DNA from: Candidatus Hodarchaeota archaeon | GTDB taxonomy: Archaea; Asgardarchaeota; Lokiarchaeia; Sigyniarchaeales; SOKP01 | Length of the DNA: 42,135 bases | Assembly (NCBI GenBank): GCA_048887225.1 | Contig: JBHLJY010000023.1 | Coordinates: 1-42,135 of the forward strand | Reading direction: 5' to 3' | In this document: positions 28,911 through 37,470 of the stretch, piece by piece | Position numbering within the stretch: position 1 is the stretch's first letter | How the letters are laid out: every line of letters starts with the position of its first letter | Notes under the pieces: generated by a model | The model's input: only the letters and a program-made list of their open reading frames with translations | What the model was told of the DNA's origin: nothing | Database searches by the model: none | Program-made: the position numbers and the translations under genes

Positions 28911-30082
28911 TATTTTGCCACCTCCCTAATAACTTTTAAGATATCATCTGGATGATGGAATTCTGCTACTTTAGGAATTTTAATAAGTGGGATATCGAGT
29001 TTAGTCACTCTTTCAACTTGTTCTGCAATTATTCCCGTATAATTCAACTCTGGAACTATAATTGCCTTAGCATCTTTTACGATTTCTTTTACTTTTTTTT
29101 CTGGAAAAGGCCAAACAGTTATTAATCTATACATCCCTACTTTTATACCTTCTTCACGTGCTATATCAATTGCTCTGTAACTCACCCTTACTGGTAATCC
29201 GTATGTTATAATAATTATTTCAGCATCATCTAATTTGTATTTCTCAGTCATACAAATTTTATCTTTATTTGTTTTTATTTTATCAATCATCATTTCGACA
29301 AATCGCTGTGGTTTAGGTGACAAAATTCCTTCAGGTCCATGAGGAGTATGTAAAAACATTCCTGGACAATAATCAGTACCAACAATAGGAGGTTTAGGAA
29401 TTATATATTCACCAGTTTTATCATCCATATATGAAAAGACTCTTGGCGTAATTTCATCTGGGACTTCTCGCTTTATAACTTTTTTTAAAATTTTTTCCTT
29501 AGGGGGTATATTTACCACTTCGTGTAGGTGTCCTAAATAAGCATCAGATATAATAAAAACGGGGCAGCGATAAATTTCCGCGTAATTAAAAGCTGTTATA
29601 GTTAAATCAAAAAGTTCTTGACAGCTCATCGGTGCTAATGCAATGACTTCAAATTCACCATTTCCAGAGAAGCGTAATAATCCTAAATCGTTGTGATGAG
29701 GATCTGTTACTGAACCCGTACCGGGGCCACAGCGTTGAACGTCGCATAAAACGAATGGAACTTCAAGATTTGCTGCCATCGAAATAGTTTCTACCATTAA
29801 AGAGAGCCCAGGACCAGATGTAGCTGTCATTGCTTTTGCACCTGCCAAAGAAGCGCCGATTACGGAATTTATTGAAGCTAATTCATCTTCCATTTGCATG
29901 CAACAACCTTCAATCTCAGGCATTCTTTTTGCGAGATGTTCAATAACTTCGGTACTTGGAGTAATAGGGTATCCACCAAAAAATTTTAAACCAGCCGCAA
30001 TAGCCCCTTCTGCTACTGCAACATTACCCATCATTAAATGCTTACCTTCTGGTAAGAACCTTTTATCATTATTACCACTCAT
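28910..30082 (-). CDS. 2-oxoacid:ferredoxin oxidoreductase alpha subunit
   Basis: GYPITPSTE, QMEDE, TATSGPG and QR.GP.TG. GGTGA RBS before ATG 30082. Confidence 0.93.
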   Translation of the reverse strand: MSGNNDKRFLPEGKHLMMGNVAVAEGAIAAGLKFFGGYPITPSTEVIEHLAKRMPEIEGCCMQMEDELASINSVIGASLAGAKAMTATSGPGLSLMVETISMAANLEVPFVLCDVQRCGPGTGSVTDPHHNDLGLLRFSGNGEFEVIALAPMSCQELFDLTITAFNYAEIYRCPVFIISDAYLGHLHEVVNIPPKEKILKKVIKREVPDEITPRVFSYMDDKTGEYIIPKPPIVGTDYCPGMFLHTPHGPEGILSPKPQRFVEMMIDKIKTNKDKICMTEKYKLDDAEIIIITYGLPVRVSYRAIDIAREEGIKVGMYRLITVWPFPEKKVKEIVKDAKAIIVPELNYTGIIAEQVERVTKLDIPLIKIPKVAEFHHPDDILKVIREVAK

Positions 30083-30095
30083 AATTTTCACCTTA

Positions 30096-30383
30096 TTAAG
30101 TTCTAGCCTTTTCGGCTAAATTTTCGTTTTTCTCTTCTTCTAAGACATATATAGCCCAATCTGGGCATCCATATTCACATCTACGGCATGCTACACAATA
30201 TTTCTCTTTTCCTTCCTTAACCTTCGGAATATAAGCAACTCGCATATTCAACATATCACTTATTTCTAATATACCTGTAGGACAAACAGAGACGCATATT
30301 TCGCATCCTCCGCACCTATCTTTGTTTAAGAATAAAGAAAATTTCTTTTCCTTGTTCTCTATTAATTTAGGAATTTTTCTCAA
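30096..30383 (-). CDS. 2[4Fe-4S] ferredoxin (oxidoreductase delta subunit)
   Basis: CGGCEICVSVCP and CVACRRCEYGCP. Confidence 0.92.
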   Translation of the reverse strand: MRKIPKLIENKEKKFSLFLNKDRCGGCEICVSVCPTGILEISDMLNMRVAYIPKVKEGKEKYCVACRRCEYGCPDWAIYVLEEEKNENLAEKART

Positions 30384-30472
30384 CTCATTATTCTTTTTTT
30401 AATATTTTCATATAATATTTAATTTAATATTAACTGTATTTTTTATTCTACAACGAATTTAATACTACTTCT

Positions 30473-31798
30473 TTATTTTTCTTCAAGAAAAAGATTTTTG
30501 TCCTTCAAAATTTTCTGCTTATATTGATTTAAAAGCGGTGGACAAAGACCTTTTTCAGTAGCTTCTTTTTTCATTGTTTTCATAATTTCTGCTAGATTGA
30601 CTCCAGCAGGACACCAATTAGTGCAATTTTCACATCCCGTACATAAAAACAATCCATCTTCTACCGCAGCTTCAATACCATTGTGAATATAGTCCCTGAG
30701 AATATTAACTGCCCCTATTCCATATTTCGATGCAAAAACATTCCCAAAGGCTCTAGAAGCGGTACATATAAGATCACAACTCTTGCAACTGATACATTTT
30801 AATATATCTTTATAAAATAGATTTTCTTTTGCTGCTTTCATCCGCCAATCGTCTACAAGAATAACAACAACTTCCTTAGCACCATACATTCCAAATACTC
30901 GGACGCCTTGAACGTCTGAAGTATTTGAAGGAGCAGAAATTAAACTGATATAAGCTCCATCGACATTCATAATTCTTTCTTGTATCTTTGAGCATAATAA
31001 TGCGTCAAATACTGTAGGGACTATTTTATGAATTCCAGCTACGATTATATGTTTCTCAGTTGCCCGTGTGATGATACTAATATTGCCCTCATTTTCTACT
31101 AACACAATAGAACCATCATCAGCAGAAATAGCATTTGCAGATGTAAGTGAAACCTTAACATTATTAAGTAGTTCTGGACGATAAGTTCTTCTGTAATAAT
31201 CAACTATAGCTTGTGCTGTTGGTTCAACCTCAACATTATATTTCTCTTCTATTTTGGCAACAATCTCATCCACTGTGAATTGGACACCTGGTCCCAAGGT
31301 AAAACTTGGAAATTTATAGTCCATTAGTTGACAAAAAACATCGCCAAGGTCAGTTTCTTTAATTGTAATTTTATTTTTCTTCAATACTTCAACAATTCCA
31401 GCATCCTTTGCTTCTAATGATTTTGATTTATAGAGTATTTTGTTATCCCCTAATTCTTCCTTAAAAACTTTTTGGGCTTCTTCGTTTGTTTTAGCATAGT
31501 ATACTTTAAAATGATTAGTTTTTTCCATTCTTTTCAAACATTTTTCTACATAATCTTCAATGTTTTCTACAAAATCCTCTCTCATCTGTATAATCTGATC
31601 TCTATATCTATCAACAAACTCCCTACTTGTATCCTCATACAAATATCTTAAATCGTAAGATTTGTATTTAGCAGTACAACCTAATTTCCAAATATCTCCA
31701 AATTTAGCATATGGGGATTCTTCATCCCTTAATTCTTCTAATCTATCTTTAACTTTATTATAAATTTTTTTTCCTTTCTCAGACACTAATAGGATCAA
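30473..31798 (-). CDS. LUD-domain iron-sulfur protein (LutB/LldF-like); start probably GTG 31786
   Basis: KSKS, ETDLG, SAN..A..G....ENEGN, GIHKIVP and two C-terminal CxxCxxCxxxC motifs. Confidence 0.88.
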   Translation of the reverse strand: MILLVSEKGKKIYNKVKDRLEELRDEESPYAKFGDIWKLGCTAKYKSYDLRYLYEDTSREFVDRYRDQIIQMREDFVENIEDYVEKCLKRMEKTNHFKVYYAKTNEEAQKVFKEELGDNKILYKSKSLEAKDAGIVEVLKKNKITIKETDLGDVFCQLMDYKFPSFTLGPGVQFTVDEIVAKIEEKYNVEVEPTAQAIVDYYRRTYRPELLNNVKVSLTSANAISADDGSIVLVENEGNISIITRATEKHIIVAGIHKIVPTVFDALLCSKIQERIMNVDGAYISLISAPSNTSDVQGVRVFGMYGAKEVVVILVDDWRMKAAKENLFYKDILKCISCKSCDLICTASRAFGNVFASKYGIGAVNILRDYIHNGIEAAVEDGLFLCTGCENCTNWCPAGVNLAEIMKTMKKEATEKGLCPPLLNQYKQKILKDKNLFLEEK

Positions 31799-32522
31799 CC
31801 CCTTCCATTAATCTAATGATAAAATCTTCGATTTTAATTACAGGTGTCTTTATTTTATTTTCTTCTCTAATTCGGGTTAATGATGTATAGCAAAATGGAC
31901 AAGCAGTTAGCAGGGCTTTAGCCATTCTCATCTGCTTAAAAATCAATAAAGAATTATAATCGCTATTTTCTTTAAAAATTGAATAAACTCCTCCTCCTGC
32001 TCCACAACATAATGAGTTTATTCTATTATTTTCCATTTCTCTAAGTTCAATAGGACCTTTAATTGAGTTGATAATATCTCGTGCTTCCTCGATAATTGGA
32101 ACGTCAGCATTCCTTAGATGACATGCATCATGATAATATATGTTGAGTTTTTTTCCAGCATATTTTAAATTTAATTTTTTTAAATTTTCGGGTCGGTTTA
32201 TAAACTGCAGTAAATGCTGCACTTTAACATTAAAATCTAAACCTACATATTCGGGATAATAATGAGTGAGATAATTGTAACATCCAGCACAAATAGTAAT
32301 AAGTTCACTCACATCATTTTCTTTAAACCATTCATTAACAAATTCTATGTGTTTTCGTAATTCCTCGTCGGATGAGATGTGATAAGCTAAACTTCCACAG
32401 CAAGGAGCATTTTCAAGAATTTCGTATTCATTGTCTAAGAATTTAATTAATTTTTCTGCATTTTTGCAGGTATCTAAATATTTAGACCTTGATAAGCAAC
32501 CTAAAAAAATTAGTTTAGACAT
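31779..32522 (-). CDS. CCG-domain Fe-S protein (LutA/GlpC/HdrB-like)
   Basis: FLGC, CCGS, CAGC, YHDACHL, CCGAGGG and CPFC. Confidence 0.88.
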   Translation of the reverse strand: MSKLIFLGCLSRSKYLDTCKNAEKLIKFLDNEYEILENAPCCGSLAYHISSDEELRKHIEFVNEWFKENDVSELITICAGCYNYLTHYYPEYVGLDFNVKVQHLLQFINRPENLKKLNLKYAGKKLNIYYHDACHLRNADVPIIEEARDIINSIKGPIELREMENNRINSLCCGAGGGVYSIFKENSDYNSLLIFKQMRMAKALLTACPFCYTSLTRIREENKIKTPVIKIEDFIIRLMEGVDPISV

Positions 32523-32668
32523 ATATTCTAAAAGAGGAAAAAAAAAATAATCTTTTTTGTTAAGAAACATAGGAATAATTTTTTTTATTCTAATAAAAAA
32601 AAGCTCTAAAGTTGTTATGGAGGAAAAAAAAGTTTATAAAAATTTTTTAGAGCATTCTTCGAAAACGA

Positions 32669-32803
32669 CTAATGATTTTTTTTCCATTCCCTATAAGCTT
32701 TTGTTATTTTCCCACAATGGATTGCTTTCTTTCCAGTTTCCTTCTGAAATTGTGCTTGTAATTCCTTTTCAGTTATACCAGAAGGATTTTTCCTTTTTGC
32801 CAT
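32669..32803 (-). CDS. 44-aa micro-protein not in the ORF track
   Basis: ATG at 32803 to TAG; translates as MAKRKNPSGITEKELQAQFQKETGKKAIHCGKITKAYREWKKNH. Confidence 0.55.
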   Translation of the reverse strand: MAKRKNPSGITEKELQAQFQKETGKKAIHCGKITKAYREWKKNH

Positions 32804-32921
32804 AATTTTTCAAATCTTCTAAAAAATATATCGTTTCATATATAGTTTGGATAAATTATTTTATTGAACATTTAAATATTTTGTTGTTAAAAAGACAGCC
32901 TCTAACCTTCACAATTTCAAG

Positions 32922-33674
32922 TTAAAACCAGCAATCCAATTTAGCATTTTTCAGAGGATTTGACAGCTTCCTTTTAGGGGTTCGGGATTTCCATTTTCGA
33001 AGACGATTTTCGGCTTTGAAGGGATGTTGCACAAGCACATACTCCACATAACGCTCGTTGTCGTTTATCAATACCAGTACGCTCCCGAAATGAGAAAGAA
33101 TCTTTCCGCCCTTAGGTCTAAGAAGGGAATACTCGTTCAAGGGGGCAGTTAAAACAATTAAAGGTTTGGTGTTTGAAAGAATTTTTTTGATTCCCCCTAT
33201 TGTCTTTAGCAAGTCTTCGAAAGTCTGTTTTTCGTAACTTTGAAACAAAGTCGTGATCCCAGAGATTAGCACAACCTTGATATGTTCAAGCGTAGAAAGT
33301 CTGTTCTCCAAAAGTTCAATCATCTGATCCCAAGTAAACGCCCGAGCAATAATAATGTTTTCTAAGACTGTTCGAGGTGAAAGATGTTGGGAAACTGCAA
33401 ATTTGCTTACATTGTAAGGATTGAATCGATTGTTTCCGTCAATAAACGCAACTTTAATCCCATCTCCGAGACCCCCATTAGTGAAAGCCTTTTGTGCAAT
33501 AACGGCAGTTGTTAGTAGAATTTCGGTCGTCTTTTTTTTATCTCCGTATAACAAATAGACTAAATCTTTATGAAATCCCCCCGATAAAAGCTCATCGAGG
33601 GGTGAATCACCACTTGAAACGAGCGGAATTTCATTATTTCTTTTGTATACCCTGAATCCTGAATCGAACGGCAT
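32922..33674 (-). CDS. Inactivated RecA/RadA-like protein (iRadA, PolB2-associated type)
   Basis: SSG...LDELL.GGF RecA-fold start, degenerate Walker A (LLYGDKKKT), IDGNNRFNPY and VLENIIIARAFT..Q. Confidence 0.85.
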   Translation of the reverse strand: MPFDSGFRVYKRNNEIPLVSSGDSPLDELLSGGFHKDLVYLLYGDKKKTTEILLTTAVIAQKAFTNGGLGDGIKVAFIDGNNRFNPYNVSKFAVSQHLSPRTVLENIIIARAFTWDQMIELLENRLSTLEHIKVVLISGITTLFQSYEKQTFEDLLKTIGGIKKILSNTKPLIVLTAPLNEYSLLRPKGGKILSHFGSVLVLINDNERYVEYVLVQHPFKAENRLRKWKSRTPKRKLSNPLKNAKLDCWF

Positions 33675-33676
33675 TA

Positions 33677-33735
33677 CAAAAAGTAAAGTAACTTTAAAAT
33701 TTTAAAGTTTTAATCGCCGACAGTTTTCTGAATTT
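33677..33735 (-). promoter_or_regulatory. iRadA promoter: TATA (33701-33706) plus operator-like box (33718-33735)
   Basis: Same three-block layout and spacing as the polB2-operon promoter. The ATG is about 27 nt from TATA, implying a near-leaderless mRNA. Confidence 0.7.
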
Positions 33736-33983
33736 CACCTTTTCATAAGGTGCGTCAAAAGATAGTTTTCGTTTAAGTGAAACAGTTGTCCTTTTAAAGG
33801 AAATGTAGTTTCATGGAGACAGAGTGAGGAGAGTAAAAGTAAAAGTGAGTATTACTTAAGATTTCGCAAATTTTTATATCCGACAAAAAGATTAAATTTA
33901 TAAATTTTAAGAATAAAATGAATATTAATTCTTATTTTAATTAAAACAAATGATTTAACAATTTTTGAGAGGAGTTGTAAAAA

Positions 33984-34382
33984 ATGTTATTACAAGCTGG
34001 TATAGCTCTCATAATTTTGTATATACTTCTTTTTATATTCTTTCTGATTTTTATAACATTATTTCTTAAAATCGGTTTAAGTTTTGTGGATGCTGATAAA
34101 ACAGAATTCGGTCAAGTGTTTGCAACAGCTTTTCTCTGTACAATAGTTATGTGGTTGGTGATAGTCCTTTTTCACTGGTTTTTACCAGGATTAATATGGT
34201 TTATTATTGCAATACTAATTGGATTGATTATATGTTGGGCTATAATTGCGAAACGACATGATATTGGATTCGGTTCTGCCATTTTTGTGACGATTATAGC
34301 GGTGATTGCTGCAGTTGTGATAATAATTATTCTGATAATTGTTATAGGATTTCTTATTGGAGTGGCTTTATGGATTTTTTAA
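33984..34382 (+). CDS. Small membrane protein with four transmembrane helices
   Basis: Four long hydrophobic segments and a GAGG RBS. Confidence 0.75.
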   Translation: MLLQAGIALIILYILLFIFFLIFITLFLKIGLSFVDADKTEFGQVFATAFLCTIVMWLVIVLFHWFLPGLIWFIIAILIGLIICWAIIAKRHDIGFGSAIFVTIIAVIAAVVIIIILIIVIGFLIGVALWIF

Positions 34383-34485
34383 TCCTAATTTTATCTTTTT
34401 TTTTAATTCTTTAAAAGCATTTTATTTTTTATACTCTTTGAATATACTATTAAAAAATGCATCTGAAATAGTTTAAGAATTAACT

Positions 34486-34953
34486 TTATTTGATTTCTTG
34501 AATGAAAGCGTTAATTTTATCTAAGTGGATCTCCTTCTTTATATCTTTTTTTTTAATTTCAAGCGTTGCAACAGGTTCTTTATCGCATAAAATCGCCATT
34601 TTCTTAAAACATTTCTCTCCTCCTCTGGAGCCCTCAGTGCAAAAGAATGCCACGTTCTTAAGTTTATCTTTATTATCAGTTATATATGTCCTTATCGGAG
34701 TAGACATATTACTGGACCATATGGGGGTTCCAATGATAATTAAATCGTATGACTCTGGATTTTTATTTATTTCTTTTAAAATGGTTAGCTTTTTCATCAT
34801 AGCGTCTTTGCCCGATCTTAACCATCCAAAAAATCCAAGTCTATTTTTCGTGTCAAAAATTTCTTCACAATCACAGGATAATTTTTCTGAAACTGTGTTG
34901 GCAACTCTCTTAGTTGTCCCCGTTCTTGAATAGAAAATTACTAAACTTGTCAT
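34486..34953 (-). CDS. Flavodoxin family protein
   Basis: FYSRTGTT FMN loop, IGTPIW and AFFCT.G. Confidence 0.9.
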   Translation of the reverse strand: MTSLVIFYSRTGTTKRVANTVSEKLSCDCEEIFDTKNRLGFFGWLRSGKDAMMKKLTILKEINKNPESYDLIIIGTPIWSSNMSTPIRTYITDNKDKLKNVAFFCTEGSRGGEKCFKKMAILCDKEPVATLEIKKKDIKKEIHLDKINAFIQEIK

Positions 34954-35075
34954 AATAAATCAAATTAAACAATAACAATTATTAAAATTTATTGAATCTG
35001 ATTTAAAACTTTATATCTAATTTTAACTTTAATAATTACTATACTCAAAAAATTAAAGAAATCGATGTTAAAATA

Positions 35076-36788
35076 ATGGTAAATAGTGAAAGAATTTGGA
35101 AGAGATCGTGGGATAAACACATTACAGAAATAGACCCTAAAGAATGGGACATATCTTACCCAGATTCAATTAAACAGACTTTTAAAGAATTACCAAATAA
35201 AGTAGCGCTTGCCTTTCTTGGAGTAGAGATCACTTTCGGAAAGTTGAATAAATATGCGAATCAATTTGCCAATATGCTAATTGATAAAGGCTTTCAAAAA
35301 GGTGATATTGTTGCTATTAATCTAGCAAACATACCTGAATATGTAATAGCTATGATCGGGGCACTAAGAGTAGGTTGCACTGTTTCTGGGGTTTCTCCAC
35401 TTCTTTCTCCAATTCAAATGCAATATCAACTTAACGATTTAGGAAGCGGTGGAAATAAAGTAGCACTTGTTACTTTAGATGCTATTTTTGAACATAAATT
35501 AATGGAAATCTCTACAAAAATACTAGAAGTAGAACTCGTGATAACTACTAACGTAGCTAGCTTTTTACCTAAAATCAAACAAGTTTTAGGAAAGTTAATA
35601 GGGAAGATTCCAAAAGGAAAAGTTACTCGTTTAAAGGATATAAAAGTTATCGATTTTCATAAAAATATCTTAGCTAAATATTCCTCTGACCCGGTAAATG
35701 TAGAAGTACACCCTGACGATATAGCATTTATCCAATATACGGGAGGCACAACTGGACCACCAAAAGGAGCAGTATTGACTCATAGAAATATTGTTTCTGA
35801 TTTAATAATCTTTCAAAGATGGCTCAATTGGGAGTTTGGAAAAGGTGTAGGATTATCAGGATTCCCTTTCTTCCACATAGCAGGAGTATTTACATGTTTA
35901 AATGTAGTTTATTTAGGTTGGTCACAGATTTTAATTCCAAATCCTCGAGACTCTAAGCATATATGTATGGAACTGGCAAAATATCAACCATCTGTATTAG
36001 CAAATGTGCCATCTCTATATCAAATAATGTTGAGAAATCCGAAATTTAGAAAGTTAGACCATTCAAAATTGGAATATTGTGTTTCTGCCGCTGCACCATT
36101 TCCTTTGGAATCACAGAAAGAATTTGAGAGTATTATCGGGAAGGGTAAAATAATAGAAGCATATGGTATGACAGAGACATCTCCGCTAACAGTAAGCAAT
36201 CCTTCTAGAGGAAAAAAGAAATTAGGGAGTATAGGATTACCATTAAATAATATGGATTTAAAATTGGTTGATCCTGAAACTGGGGAGGAAGTTCCATTAG
36301 GTGAAGCAGGAGAAATCTGTATTAAAGGACCTATGGTTATGAAAGGTTATTTAAATAAACCAGAAGAAACTAAAAAAACTATTGATTCGGATGGCTATAT
36401 CCATACGGGCGATGTAGCAATTATGGATGAGGAAGGTTATCTAAAGATTGTAGATAGAACAAAGGATATGATTATTGTTGGTGGTTATAAAGTTTTTTCA
36501 TCAAAATTAGAAGATGTCCTTTCTGAACATCCCTCAATTGGAATGATAGCCACTATAGGTCTCGCAAATCCTGAGAGGCCTGGTTCTGAAATTGTAAAAG
36601 CGTTCATTCAATTAGACCCCGATTACGAATATGACGGAAACGAGAAAGCTCTAAAGACAGACATTATTAATTTTGCTCAAGATCACTGTGCACCATATGA
36701 AGTTCCTAAAATAATTGAAATAGTTGAGGAACTACCTCTAACTGCCATCGGAAAAATTGATAAGAAAGTATTAAGAACACAAAAATAA
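35076..36788 (+). CDS. fadD: Long-chain fatty acid-CoA ligase (AMP-binding)
   Basis: YTGGTTGPPKG, YGMTE, TGD, DRTKD and GKIDKK. Confidence 0.92.
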   Translation: MVNSERIWKRSWDKHITEIDPKEWDISYPDSIKQTFKELPNKVALAFLGVEITFGKLNKYANQFANMLIDKGFQKGDIVAINLANIPEYVIAMIGALRVGCTVSGVSPLLSPIQMQYQLNDLGSGGNKVALVTLDAIFEHKLMEISTKILEVELVITTNVASFLPKIKQVLGKLIGKIPKGKVTRLKDIKVIDFHKNILAKYSSDPVNVEVHPDDIAFIQYTGGTTGPPKGAVLTHRNIVSDLIIFQRWLNWEFGKGVGLSGFPFFHIAGVFTCLNVVYLGWSQILIPNPRDSKHICMELAKYQPSVLANVPSLYQIMLRNPKFRKLDHSKLEYCVSAAAPFPLESQKEFESIIGKGKIIEAYGMTETSPLTVSNPSRGKKKLGSIGLPLNNMDLKLVDPETGEEVPLGEAGEICIKGPMVMKGYLNKPEETKKTIDSDGYIHTGDVAIMDEEGYLKIVDRTKDMIIVGGYKVFSSKLEDVLSEHPSIGMIATIGLANPERPGSEIVKAFIQLDPDYEYDGNEKALKTDIINFAQDHCAPYEVPKIIEIVEELPLTAIGKIDKKVLRTQK

Positions 36789-36817
36789 TTAATTTAAAAA
36801 TCAATTTTTTTAATTTA

Positions 36818-37357
36818 TTAAGACGTCCTAAAAGCAAATTTCATATGATGTTTTTTAAAACATTCATTAATTCGCTTAAAGCCAGGGCAGTTATTCCAAT
36901 TCATTGAATGTTCGCATTTTTTGCATACTTTATAAAAACCATAACTATGGTATATATTTAATAAAGTGAGCAATGTCCCGAAGATAAAACTAAAATATAA
37001 GAAATTAACGATAAAAGAATTTGGTAAAGACCATATATACCAAAAAAGAAACGCAGAGCCAAGCCCTATTAAAAATTTTTGAATAATCTTAATAGTTTTT
37101 ATTTTAGTTAAATTCAATGGACTAAGAAAAAAGGTAGCTAGTAAAATTAATGCGATTGCCAGAAGAAATAACGAGTCGAAAATTTTAACCAAATTTAGAA
37201 AGTAAAGTGCTAATATTCCAATTATAGCTGTTGGATAACCCACAAAACAGCCAATACAAAATCGATATTTTCCGACATTAATTGTGTGGTTTATCGCAAA
37301 CTTATCACAATCAGGGTGATGGCTCAGCAAAATGGATTTCATGCATCTAAGATGCAC
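36818..37357 (-). CDS. Membrane protein with Cys/His motifs (DUF2085-like)
   Basis: SHHPDC..H....FCIGC, four TM segments, and C-terminal CKKC...CPG. Confidence 0.7.
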   Translation of the reverse strand: MHLRCMKSILLSHHPDCDKFAINHTINVGKYRFCIGCFVGYPTAIIGILALYFLNLVKIFDSLFLLAIALILLATFFLSPLNLTKIKTIKIIQKFLIGLGSAFLFWYIWSLPNSFIVNFLYFSFIFGTLLTLLNIYHSYGFYKVCKKCEHSMNWNNCPGFKRINECFKKHHMKFAFRTS

Positions 37358-37470
37358 TTTAAAAGATTTTAATCTCCCTCCATTAATGTTTGAATTGGGA
37401 GCTTTTATACTTTTTTCTTGAGAAAAGTTATTATTCGAATCACTAATTTAAATTTATCACCGTTAAATAA

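Noticed and set aside
32819-32839. Longer version of the micro-protein starting at ATG 32839
   Set aside because: That frame hits TAG after six codons.
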